From: Chrysochromulina tobinii
Taxonomy: Eukaryota
Assembly: GCA_001275005.1 (NCBI GenBank)
Contig: JWZX01003153.1
Coordinates: 1-37,622 of the forward strand
DNA: 37,622 nucleotides
Direction: 5' to 3'
The number at the start of each line of letters is the position of its first letter. The stretch's first letter is position 1. The notes beneath the pieces are model-generated. The model had not been told where the DNA came from. It saw only the letters and a list, made by a program, of their open reading frames with translations, and did not search any database. This document shows positions 10,734 to 19,980 of this stretch, one piece after another. A program made the position numbers and the translations under genes.

Positions 10734-11397
10734 GATGTGACCCAAAGTCCTTATCTTTCTCGGTCGGTAGGTCGCAGGACGTGGGACGCATGAGTCTCGG
10801 CGCGCTGCCATGGAAAGCTGGACGATTTATTGTAGCGACGCAAGATGGAGAGATCAGGGAAATCACTGCCAACTTCCTGCAGGTGTTGCTTGGTCTTGTT
10901 CAGCTATCATTCAAGAAGGAGCGACGCACCCGGAGTGTCGTGGCCCGCCGATCGATGGGTGCCGTGCGAGTAGAGTCAGCGACGACTACGCTGAGAGATA
11001 GGGCAGATGGCAGCGAGGAGACTGAGAGACAGAGAGAACTCGCGGAGCCAGAGCGGACAGCGGAGCGGCAGCGTGAGAGAGAGAGAGAGAGCTTGCGGCG
11101 GGGCACAGCCCATGGCCAGAGTGAAATGGCCGGGTGGGAGCCCCGGACCGCAGTGGTTCAAAGCCCAAGAGCGCAAGAGACCTGACTCCCCTGAGCGGAA
11201 TGAAGCGAAGAAGGTCCCCGGACCCCGCCCCAAGCGTCATGCCACGACCGTGTAGGCCGCGTACTAACTGCATACTCGCGCGCTCGATCGCGACGCGGAC
11301 GGGCCGGCGCGGCGGCGTTACGTCGGCGTATCGGATAGCGCGATAGCCTAGCGGCTCCGCTCGAACGTCGCCTTCTCTTTGTCTAATGTCTTCGAGA

Positions 11398-13542
11398 TTA
11401 AATGCCAGCTATATTACCGTCCTGACATGGTTGTTGCGCCATGTCAGCACCGGACGAGTGCCAGTGCGCCTGCCTCACGGGCCTCACTACATGAAAGATG
11501 TCGCCCGCGCCCAAGCCCAGCGGGATTCCTACCTGCATCGTCTGTCCGTCGGGCGTGACAAACTGCATCACGCCAGACGCGAACGCTTCCACGGGCACGC
11601 GCACGCTGAGCACCTCGTTCCCTGGCGGCACACCGGCAGCAGGGGCGGCAGCTCCGAAAGCAAGTTGTGCCGTTAGCGGCGCCGTTGGTTCCGCACTTGC
11701 GTGATGGCTTGGCGCCATGCTGCTGTTGCTGTTGCTGCTACTGCCGCCAGCAGTCTTGTCCAAGAGGGGTGCGTCCAGCTTCTCGTTAGCTCTGCCGCCC
11801 GTCGGACGGGCGGGCGGGTATGGATAGGCGGACGGACGGGCGGACGGGTAGGCAAATGGCGGCGGCGCTCCGAAGGCCTGGGCGTACGCGATCGGTTCTG
11901 CTTGTGACGCCTGGTCGAATGCAATCGGCACGCCAATCTGCGCAGCTTGGCGGTGCATGAATTGCGGGGTCGGCCCGACGGCTCCGCTTATCTCGACGCC
12001 CACGACGACCTCTCCCATCGGAGCAACCACACCGCCCATCGGCACCATCGCGCTGCCCGTCGGCACCGGCGCACCGTGTTGATCGTGCCCCGGAAGGTAC
12101 TCGATACCCTGTCGCGCGCGGTCGAGTCCAATCCACGAGAGGGATGCGTACTCGCGGTAGCTGGCAAGCAGCGGCCCGGGCAGCGGCCGGCCGCGCTGCG
12201 CGCCGCTGATAGCCACGCGCAGCGCGTCCGCAAAGGCGTGCAGGTATGGGTCGCGGGAGCCACAGGCGCAGCAAGCCTCGGGCGAGCCGTCAATTGCGAC
12301 GACCACCACGCCCGACACATCACGCACGACGAGCGACGGGCTATATCCGTTGAGACCGTACGACTGCGGCGGGCGCACCTCAACCTCCCGCAGCTCGACG
12401 AGCGGAAAGGCTTCCTCGGTGCGCCCCAGCTGCATCGAGCCGCCGACTTGGCCAAACATGCCGAACGGCCGGAGTGGCACTGCATAGGTCTCGGTGCGTA
12501 CGTGCAGGGTCGAGGCTCGCAGGGTGAGAGAGTGTGCCTGGCCCGCGGAGGCCATCGCGCACGGCACCTGGCAGCACACCGTGCACGGCGCGCACACCAT
12601 CATGCCGTGAATGAAGAACCCGAGCGGCACCACAAACATGGGGATTGGGCCGCAGCCTCGGTAGGTGCTCTCGGCGATGCAATAGCCGAGCGCGCGGCCA
12701 CTGCTTAGCTGCTCACCCCTCAGGGTCGCCTGGGGCAACTCCTCAAGCAGGTGCGGGTCCGAGCTCATCGCATTCAACAGCGGGTTGCGCGTGCGCTGTG
12801 GCCCGCCGCACGCCTGCAGCGTGCCAAGCAGGTTCTCCGCAATCGGCGGCGTCGCCGTCCACGGCACCCCGTGCGCATTGCCCTTGTAGCGAAGCGGCAC
12901 GTTGTTGATCGTCTCGCCGGAGAAGCGGCCGCGGAGGTCAAAGCCTTTGCCCTGGTCACCACTCCCCCCCCAAAAGCTGCGCATGCGCGCCTCCTCGGGC
13001 ACCTTGACCACGCGCATCGGCTCCGGCTGCCCTCGGAACCGTGGTCCGCCCTCGTAGAGAATGTCACGCCCAAGCATACCCGCGCCGCTCACTTGGAGCG
13101 CGTTGATGTCCGTCAGCCGCGTATAGGCAGTCGAAGCAAGGTACGTGAGCTGCATCCGCCGCACATCATGCCCCAGCTCGTCCTCGGCCGCAGTGATGCC
13201 CAGAAGCTCGACGGCGAGCTGCCACTCATCTGGCCCGAGCTTGCCGTCGCCGTCGGTATCAAGCCACCTCATGATCTCAGTCGTTGAGTTCCCAGCGGCC
13301 GGTGGCAGTGGCGTGCGGATGAAGTCGTTGACAATACACCCACCGCACGAGCTGTTGAGTGTGGCAAAGCCTTGCGGATTGGATGCCTGCTCAATCAATG
13401 CCCGCAACGCATCCGGGCCTGCCAGGTTGATACCGGCGGAGTAAGATTTGAAGATGGCCTCCGCGCTTTTGCCGGTGGCGCCGATTACAGAGTGTAGGCG
13501 TGTGTCGACTTGGGGCTTATTTCGCAGTGGTGTCTGCTGCAT
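11398..13542 (-). CDS. Multidomain protein: EF-hand, Cys-rich hydrophobic segment, PH-like beta domain, Pro-rich tail and small C-terminal beta module
   Basis: EF loop DTDGDGKLGPDE; hydrophobic CGPIPMFVVPLGFFIHGMMVCAPCTVCCQVPC; bPH_2-like LTLRASTLHVRTE..EAFPLVELREVEVR..AFADALRVAI; tail VRVPVEAFASGVMQFVTPDGQTMQVGIPLGLGAGDIFHV. Confidence 0.7.
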   Translation of the reverse strand: MQQTPLRNKPQVDTRLHSVIGATGKSAEAIFKSYSAGINLAGPDALRALIEQASNPQGFATLNSSCGGCIVNDFIRTPLPPAAGNSTTEIMRWLDTDGDGKLGPDEWQLAVELLGITAAEDELGHDVRRMQLTYLASTAYTRLTDINALQVSGAGMLGRDILYEGGPRFRGQPEPMRVVKVPEEARMRSFWGGSGDQGKGFDLRGRFSGETINNVPLRYKGNAHGVPWTATPPIAENLLGTLQACGGPQRTRNPLLNAMSSDPHLLEELPQATLRGEQLSSGRALGYCIAESTYRGCGPIPMFVVPLGFFIHGMMVCAPCTVCCQVPCAMASAGQAHSLTLRASTLHVRTETYAVPLRPFGMFGQVGGSMQLGRTEEAFPLVELREVEVRPPQSYGLNGYSPSLVVRDVSGVVVVAIDGSPEACCACGSRDPYLHAFADALRVAISGAQRGRPLPGPLLASYREYASLSWIGLDRARQGIEYLPGHDQHGAPVPTGSAMVPMGGVVAPMGEVVVGVEISGAVGPTPQFMHRQAAQIGVPIAFDQASQAEPIAYAQAFGAPPPFAYPSARPSAYPYPPARPTGGRANEKLDAPLLDKTAGGSSSNSNSSMAPSHHASAEPTAPLTAQLAFGAAAPAAGVPPGNEVLSVRVPVEAFASGVMQFVTPDGQTMQVGIPLGLGAGDIFHVVRPVRQAHWHSSGADMAQQPCQDGNIAGI

Positions 13543-13756
13543 GTGAAAGCTTTTGCTCGCACGAGAGTTCCCTCGCTCTCGTCCACACGACTTGCACAGC
13601 TTTCACGACCGCGTCGGGAAAGTGGTCGGGTTTGCCGAAGACTTGGGCAGTTTCGTCGCGGACTTAGAGAACTTCACGGCGGCACAGTGCTCACTTTTCA
13701 TGTGACTTTTTACGCGAGTTCTTCACGGCATTTTTCCGCGTGTTTTTGGTAAAATC

Positions 13757-15028
13757 ATGACTTCTTCAAAGCTCGACCGCGTGATTGTTGTCGACTCCGC
13801 GGCCAGTCCAGACGGCTTTGGACGGTGCCTCCGTGCCGCTTGCGCCATAAAAAAAGGAGAGCTCGTCATGGAGGAGCAGCCGTTGATACGTGGCGACGCA
13901 TACTCGTCGCTGCCGCCGCTCTCAGCCTTTGCTGCTGTCGCTGCCTCAATACCGCTCGTATCGGCACCCGAGATTGGCGGCACCGCCTGGCCGAGAGAGT
14001 CAACATTTGACACGCATTTATTTGGGCTACTGCTCGCCTTTATCGACAGCGGTGAGCAGACTCAGCTCGCTGTTCTCGACAGCTCGAATATTCAGAGTGA
14101 GATGGAAAAAGCACCGTCAGCCGGATTGCCATCGGCCGGGCCTTCGGAGCTGAGCGCGCTGCTTGCAGATCGCGTGCTGCGCGAGCGTGGACCGCCATGG
14201 TTGGCGGAAGAGTGGAACCTACCAAGCGGCGTGCCGACCGAGGGTCTGATCGCACGGTTGCTTCGCATCTTTGCAGTGAACGCGATGCCGTTCGCCGGTG
14301 GCGGCGCTCTATACAAGGTGGCGAGCAAGCTGGCGCACCGCTGCCACGGCGCCAACGTCGACATGGTCGCGGATGCCGAGCGTGGACTTGGCGTCTTTCG
14401 CGCCCTTCGCGACATCGAACCTGGCGACCTTCTGAGCCATCCGTACCTGACTCTCAATCTGAGCTTGTTCTCTGCGCCCCTCCGCCGCCGACTCCTCTAT
14501 TGCCAACGAGGCATGTTCTGTGCGTGTGCGAGTTGCACTGGGACCGACTGGCTGCGCCAGTTGCCGAGCGCGTGCGGCGGCGGCGCCACAGTGGTGCGCG
14601 ACGGCGTAACGGGCCGCTGGAGGTGCCGGTGCGAGCGGTGCGGTGCCCGCGCAGCGTCCGCGCAGTTGCCAGCACACGACGAGGCAACTGACGAGGCGCT
14701 CGCGGCGTTGCTTTTGGAGGAGGAGGTGCTCGCTGGGAAGGCCCTCGAAATGTGTGCGAGCATCGACGTCGAGAAGCCACGCAGGCTGCCTGAGCTACTG
14801 CTCGAGGAGCTCGAAAGACTTCTCGGTAGATGCGAGGCGGTGCTTGGCGCGCAACACGCGAGCACGCAAGCGCTGCGCCGGCTGTCGCTCATGCAGGAGT
14901 ACGAGACGATTGGCCGAAGCGAGCGGCGCGGCGAGTGGGTGCAACGCTTGGATGCATGCCAGGCGTGGATCGATGAGATGCTCGAGCGATGCGTGGCAGA
15001 AGGCGATCGCCTTGCAAGTAGACCCTGA
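13757..15028 (+). CDS. SMYD-like SET-domain lysine methyltransferase
   Basis: GFGRCLRAACAIKKGELVMEEQP; GALYKVASKLAHRC; FRALRDIEPGDLLSHPY; post-SET RRRLL..FCACASC; C-terminal helical region (VLGAQHASTQ). Confidence 0.85.
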   Translation: MTSSKLDRVIVVDSAASPDGFGRCLRAACAIKKGELVMEEQPLIRGDAYSSLPPLSAFAAVAASIPLVSAPEIGGTAWPRESTFDTHLFGLLLAFIDSGEQTQLAVLDSSNIQSEMEKAPSAGLPSAGPSELSALLADRVLRERGPPWLAEEWNLPSGVPTEGLIARLLRIFAVNAMPFAGGGALYKVASKLAHRCHGANVDMVADAERGLGVFRALRDIEPGDLLSHPYLTLNLSLFSAPLRRRLLYCQRGMFCACASCTGTDWLRQLPSACGGGATVVRDGVTGRWRCRCERCGARAASAQLPAHDEATDEALAALLLEEEVLAGKALEMCASIDVEKPRRLPELLLEELERLLGRCEAVLGAQHASTQALRRLSLMQEYETIGRSERRGEWVQRLDACQAWIDEMLERCVAEGDRLASRP

Positions 15029-15218
15029 CGACGTGTGCTGCAATTGGATGTAGAATCCGAGGTGGCGATGGGAATGTCCAAATATGTATACACATGTGAG
15101 TTGGCTTGACTTCATTTGACTACTATTTGACTGTGAATACACATTTGACTTCCCTAAAGTGGACAGTTTTGTCGCGTCTTCGCTCTCGCGAAGCACGCCG
15201 ACCACAAGATCAAGAAAG

Positions 15219-15635
15219 ATGCTCAGTTTGCGTGGCAGCGGCTGCCTGTTTCGCGTGATTTCCCGATCGAAGCACGACTGGATGGCCGCCGCTGAACTGG
15301 AGGCGCAGCAGCGGCGCCGTAAAACCGGCTGTAGCACAGCTCGCGAGCACTTCCTCTCGAAAGTGCAGCATGAGATCAAGGGCGAGGTGATGGGGGCGAC
15401 CGTAAAGATCGAGGAGAGACTCGAGCGCGAAATCGGAGAGCTTGCAGCGTTGCGCGCCGTGATTTTGGGCGGCGGCTTCGTCCCAAACGAGGCGCGTGTG
15501 CAGTACAGTCGGAAGCGGAAGCTGGCAATCGAGACAAGGCACAACTTAGCTGTGCAGCGTGAGGTTGCCACAGGGCAGGTGCACACGGACGCGGCCGATC
15601 GGTGGACCATTCCATCACCGCTCGAGCACGTATGA
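15219..15635 (+). CDS. Small helical protein resembling the bacterial DUF6665-like family; possible mitochondrial presequence
   Basis: FLSKVQHEIKGE...ERLEREIGEL...AIETRHNLAVQREVATG...RWTIPSPL; basic/Ser N-terminus MLSLRGSGCLFRVISRSK. Family match is from memory only. Confidence 0.55.
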   Translation: MLSLRGSGCLFRVISRSKHDWMAAAELEAQQRRRKTGCSTAREHFLSKVQHEIKGEVMGATVKIEERLEREIGELAALRAVILGGGFVPNEARVQYSRKRKLAIETRHNLAVQREVATGQVHTDAADRWTIPSPLEHV

Positions 15636-15872
15636 AGCGTGCTTGGGCGAAAAAATGCGACTAATCACCGCGTGCATGCGACTAATCACCGCGTCGCACG
15701 GAATTGTGCTCAGAACGAGAGAGTGTCGGTCCGGTTTTTCTTTTGAGAGCGAAACGAAATGCGAGGGGTACCCCGAGTGCACGAAACACTAAGCCACTTG
15801 GCAATGTCTTCAAACGTGTTGTCAAAAAGCTCATTTGGTTCGGAGAGTGACGATCCGCACGCCCGACGAGGC

Positions 15873-17300
15873 TCAATTAAAATGGAGCCAGCTCGCGTGC
15901 CTCAGCGTGGGCGCAAGGTCTCCAAGCAAGGTACGCAGCAGCTCATTGAAGGGGCGGAAGGCTTCCTGCAGCGCGCGGGCGACTGGCATCGGGAGCGCCC
16001 GATGCGTGTGTACCTGCATGCGCGTGTCGAACCCACCACCCACGCCGCTCTCGCATGCGCGTCGAATGTCGGCAGGCAGATTTGTTGCAAGGTGCTGCGT
16101 CGGGAGCCCTGCAAAGCTTGCAATCGTGCGCAGCAGCTCGGTAGCCGGCAGCGCGCGCATCGCCTCCGTCTCCATCCATAGGAATTGCGCCGGGCTGAAG
16201 CCTGCAGAGAGCCAGCTGAGCACCGCCGCGGCGTACACGGAGGAGCGCACATGGTTGAGCGGGTGTCCGACGGCGAGGCAGTCGCGAAAGCGGCGAAGCG
16301 AACGGTCCGAGAGCCGCGGCAGCTCGGACGCCGCCCGCTGGAACGGCGAGGCCGCGCCCTCCATGCCGGAGGCCCCATCAAGGACGACCGCCGCGCGAGA
16401 CGATGGTGCGATCTGTTCCGAGCAGCCGCGCAACCGTGCTAGGTCGCTCAGCAGCGCATCCGACAGGTTGGCGGACTTGTCCCACTTCCACTCGCGCATC
16501 ATGCGCGCTGATGACTGCGCGCGGCTCGCCGGATCACGCAGGAGGATAATGAAGCGAAGCTGCTCCGCGGCCGCTCCCGCCACGTGCGAGCGGAGCTGCT
16601 CGGGTGCCGCTGGAGCACTCATAAAGGTGTTGATCGACGGATCAAGTGTGAGCGCGCGCGGCGACGTGCCGCTGCCAACGGGAGGCCATGCGTGGCTCAT
16701 GTAGATCTTGGGCGCCACACAAGCCGGCTGGTTGGCGCGACCGCACCGGCGGCGCGACGGCAGCGGCCGAACGAGCGCGCAGCCCGGACGCACCACCGGC
16801 GTGTTCTCGATGCACTCGAGCGGGAAGCGGCGGCACGCGAGCTGCGACTTTCGACCGCCACGCCGTCGTCGTCTGCCGCCGTGCAGCGTCGCATTGCCAT
16901 CAGCCAGCTCGCACATCTGCTGCACAAAGTCAGATGGTTCGCCGTTCCCGTTCTCGCCGCGACGCAGGCGCCGGCCCTCATTAACGTCGATGCGACCATC
17001 CGCTCGCCATTCCCAAGCGCTGAGCGGCACCGGCGCGCCAAGATACCACTCCCATCCCCAATCGTAGCCTGGACCGCCGAAGAAGTTGAACTCCTTCTTC
17101 GTGCCGAGCGTCGTGAGTAGATATGCGCCGTCACGCCATCCAGAAGAGTGCGCGCCGTAGAGCAAGTTGGGATCGAAGGGCCCGGCCCGCAGGCATGAGA
17201 AGAGGAACGTCGAGCCCGATTTGGGGTTGCCAAGGATGTGCAGCCGGGGCCAGAGGCGAGACGCCCGGTCCGCGACGGCGTCGTCGGCGGCGCTCGCCAT
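15873..17300 (-). CDS. PAPS-dependent sulfotransferase (heparan-sulfate 3-O/N-sulfotransferase-like fold)
   Basis: 5'-PSB PRLHILGNPKSGSTFL; KKEFNFF; 3'-PB FIILLRDPASRAQS; SVYAAAVLSWL..FSPAQFLWMETE; LQEAFRPFNELLRTLLG. Start MASAADD at 17300. Confidence 0.9.
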   Translation of the reverse strand: MASAADDAVADRASRLWPRLHILGNPKSGSTFLFSCLRAGPFDPNLLYGAHSSGWRDGAYLLTTLGTKKEFNFFGGPGYDWGWEWYLGAPVPLSAWEWRADGRIDVNEGRRLRRGENGNGEPSDFVQQMCELADGNATLHGGRRRRRGGRKSQLACRRFPLECIENTPVVRPGCALVRPLPSRRRCGRANQPACVAPKIYMSHAWPPVGSGTSPRALTLDPSINTFMSAPAAPEQLRSHVAGAAAEQLRFIILLRDPASRAQSSARMMREWKWDKSANLSDALLSDLARLRGCSEQIAPSSRAAVVLDGASGMEGAASPFQRAASELPRLSDRSLRRFRDCLAVGHPLNHVRSSVYAAAVLSWLSAGFSPAQFLWMETEAMRALPATELLRTIASFAGLPTQHLATNLPADIRRACESGVGGGFDTRMQVHTHRALPMPVARALQEAFRPFNELLRTLLGDLAPTLRHASWLHFN

Positions 17301-17361
17301 CGCTCGTAAGCGTGTGAACGGTCGACTCGCCAATAAACATTCCTCCGAAATTTGAATCAGA

Positions 17362-17402
17362 TGACTTGACTTGACTTGACTTGACTTGACTTGACTTGAC
17401 TT
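17362..17402. repeat. (TGACT)8 pentanucleotide microsatellite in the divergent intergenic gap
   Basis: tgacttgacttgactt... perfect run; degenerate TTGAC units also at about 15101-15151 and within both terminal direct repeats. Confidence 0.95.
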
Positions 17403-17424
17403 CTTCTCCCGAATTTCCTTTTTC

Positions 17425-18603
17425 ATGTTTGCCGAAAGATGGCGAAAGATGGCGACACTGGCGCCGTCCATCTTCGCCGATCCTCTATCTCGTGGTGCAA
17501 CCGCACCCATTGCCATTGTTTCCGCGTACGTTTCGAAAAAGGAAAACGCGCGCGAGTCCGAGCTCGCTGTAGCGGGTCTGCGCGCGAGCTTGGACTGCTA
17601 CGCGCGCAAGCACGGCCATGAAGTGAATCTCGTCACCACCGATCCACCAGATCTGCCCTACCCTATGTATGTCAAAGTTCGAGCGTTTCAGGAGGTATTC
17701 GAGAGACGGCCGCAGACGCAGTGGGTGCTCTGGCTCGACGCAGATGCGCGCATCCTCAACTTCACCTTTTCGCTCTCCGATTTAATTCGAGAAGCTGGTG
17801 AAGACGCACATGTGCTTGCAGTCAGTCAGTGGCCGGGACATGCCTTTCACGACAGCCGGTGGCCGCACTGCCCGATAATTGCCTGCGCCTTTCTGCTGCG
17901 CAACAGCAGCACGGGTCGGCGCTTTTTGCGGCTGTGGGCAGAGCTGGCGCGCGTGCGTCACGAGGCTCCGCAGCACGATCAACTTGGCTTTGTGTGGGCG
18001 ATGGCGGCGCTGCTCACTGAGCTTTCCGATGCGGAAATCCTCGACCGCGGCGGCCTGTTCATGCGCAACTTGACTCGCGGACCCACCAAGGACCCCGCGC
18101 TCGGCCTCGCCGCTCAGGTCGAGGCTCGAGGCATGAAATGCTACAACCGCACGCATGCGACAGCCTCCATCCAACGCATCGGCCCGCTGGCATTGTTGCC
18201 CGCGTATCCGTTGGGCGCGGCGTTCGCATCCATGCTTGGCCCAGGCAGTGACGCGCTGTCGCAGACGATCAAGACCATCAGTCCGTTTCCCTTCTTTTCG
18301 CACGCCAAATACTCCCCGTTCTGCATGGAGGGCGTGCTCGATAAGACAGGTATGTGGAATCGCACGAGAGCGCATCTGCAGGCGGCAGAATCTGGCGACC
18401 TCGTGACTCGGCTGCGCCAACGCTACGAGGCTGAGTTGGACACGCACTGCACGGCGGACGAGAAGCAGCGTCTCGTCCAGCCTTCACTGCGGCTCAGCTA
18501 TGCGGCGTGGCAGCGCGTGTGTTTCACGGTGCTCAGCGGCTACGAGCCGCAGAATCGGACTGCGAGTGAGAGCTTTAGTCAGGTAGCGGCATGGCAGCGT
18601 TGA
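17425..18603 (+). CDS. GT-A fold glycosyltransferase, GT34 (galactosyl/xylosyl/mannosyl-transferase, MNN10-like) type
   Basis: CYARKHGH, YVKVRAFQE, WVLWLDADARILN (DxD), AFLLRNSSTGRRFLRLW, HDQLGF. Confidence 0.8.
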   Translation: MFAERWRKMATLAPSIFADPLSRGATAPIAIVSAYVSKKENARESELAVAGLRASLDCYARKHGHEVNLVTTDPPDLPYPMYVKVRAFQEVFERRPQTQWVLWLDADARILNFTFSLSDLIREAGEDAHVLAVSQWPGHAFHDSRWPHCPIIACAFLLRNSSTGRRFLRLWAELARVRHEAPQHDQLGFVWAMAALLTELSDAEILDRGGLFMRNLTRGPTKDPALGLAAQVEARGMKCYNRTHATASIQRIGPLALLPAYPLGAAFASMLGPGSDALSQTIKTISPFPFFSHAKYSPFCMEGVLDKTGMWNRTRAHLQAAESGDLVTRLRQRYEAELDTHCTADEKQRLVQPSLRLSYAAWQRVCFTVLSGYEPQNRTASESFSQVAAWQR

Positions 18604-18882
18604 GGCGGGATAGAACGGCCGGGGCTTCTGTGAGTTACACGATAAACCCTTGACACGCCCCGGCTGGGCGCTGGCATGGGCGCTGGGTGTTGCTTTGCTT
18701 TGTGTTGCTCAATTGGTATTGCCGTGCTCTAGAGCCTAGAGGCTAGACGCCTCCGTAGCGTCTCTAGCCGCGCCGCCTGGCTGAGAAGAGGCGCGATTTC
18801 AGTACTCCAGGTCTCCAGCTCGTCCATGACGAGGCTGCTCGATGCCTCGTGCCTTGGACATCTTCAAACCCACATCCAACCA

Positions 18883-18928
18883 CGAGCTCGTCTTCATCGA
18901 GCTCGTCTTCATCGAGCTCGTCTTCATC
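18883..18928. repeat. 15-bp tandem repeat (CGAGCTCGTCTTCAT)x3
   Basis: Directly visible; reads DEDEL x3 on the minus strand in a frame with no start codon. Confidence 0.85.
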
Positions 18929-19174
18929 GTCGGTTCGTCGTTCTTGATCTTGTGACTTGTCGTCCGGTCCTCACATCGTCATCTCTCGTCATTAAAGGCT
19001 GGACGGGGCAGATGGCAGACATATGACGAAGGGGCACGCTTGCGTCGATGGGAACGAACACAGGCTGCGGGCGATACTTTGCGAGGCCCAAACTTGATCG
19101 GCCCAACACGGCGTGCGCTCACCTCTTCGCTTCCACCCTCGCGGCCTCGTGGTCCGTGGTAGCCTGTCTATCCC

Positions 19175-19753
19175 ATGGGCAAGGGCTCGCGGCAGCCGGC
19201 ACGGCAACTCATGCGCTCGAACGGGTCACGCAGCACCGGTGGTGGTATCACCAAACCGACGAGTGCACTCGCGGCTGCTATTGCGGCACGCAAATCGGCC
19301 GGAAGCGCCGCGGCGGTGACATCTTCCTCGATGGCCTTCTTGGAGCAGCGCGCATCTGAGGCGATTGCCTCCGAGGGCACGGAGGAGCTCGCGGGACGGA
19401 TCATGCACATCGTCCGCGAATGTGTCGCTGAAGCGGGCGGTCGCCTCACGTTCACTGCACTTGGCAGTGTTGCACGAGTAAAGGCAGCACGGTCGGGGCT
19501 GCAGCAGGCTGCCAACGGTTCGGTGCGTCCGATCAACGGTTACGTAAAATCGACATGGGGCGGCTGGGAGGCGTTCGTGCGATCCCATGCTGGGGATGCG
19601 CTGCGCGTCGTGGATGGTGAGGTGATTTCGGCGGAAAGTGCGCTGGTGGTGATGCCAGACATCGAGGCAACCTCGCCAAGTTATCTGTCGATGACGGAGC
19701 GTGCGTCGGTCAGCTCTCGCGACGTGAACGCTCTGACGCTCGACGCACTGTGA
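19175..19753 (+). CDS. Hypothetical protein with a possible winged-helix (LOTUS/OST-HTH-like) domain
   Basis: AGRIMHIVRECVAEAGGRLTFTALGS...YVKSTWGGWEAFVRSH..LRV pattern; basic N-terminus. Confidence 0.55.
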   Translation: MGKGSRQPARQLMRSNGSRSTGGGITKPTSALAAAIAARKSAGSAAAVTSSSMAFLEQRASEAIASEGTEELAGRIMHIVRECVAEAGGRLTFTALGSVARVKAARSGLQQAANGSVRPINGYVKSTWGGWEAFVRSHAGDALRVVDGEVISAESALVVMPDIEATSPSYLSMTERASVSSRDVNALTLDAL

Positions 19754-19980
19754 ACGACTTTTCTTCGATGGAGCGCATAAGCGGTCCGCACTCTCTCTCT
19801 CTTGCTCTCTCTCTCTCTCATTGCTCTCTCTCCCAACTCCACGCGTATTGTATCTTGTTAGCGAAGGTGTATCGAACACGCTGATGAGAACCAGAAGAAA
19901 CATGTTTCGGGGCGTGCCCGCGCTGGTCCGTGCGTAAGGCTGTGAACTCACCGCGCTTGTAAAAACAAACGAGGCCAACG

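Noticed and set aside
10731..10793. Possible TAG readthrough (FARI*DVTQSPYLSRSVGRRTWDA*)
   Set aside because: A 19-codon extension is expected by chance in GC-rich DNA, and other genes here end normally at standard stops.
10790..11260. ERQRERERES-containing ORF
   Set aside because: Produced by GA microsatellites; no domain or clear codon bias.
11325..11375. tRNA-like D-arm (gatagcctagcgg)
   Set aside because: No TTCGA T-loop at the right spacing and no acceptor stem.
17301..17516. N-terminal extension of the sulfotransferase (SSQVKSSQVK)
   Set aside because: Translation of the GACTT microsatellite; it also overlaps the divergent GT34 gene.
18883..18928. Short tandem repeats (also 15655-15696, 32343-32400, 35090-35130) as CRISPR-like arrays
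   Set aside because: Contiguous repeats without unique spacers, no cas genes, eukaryotic context.
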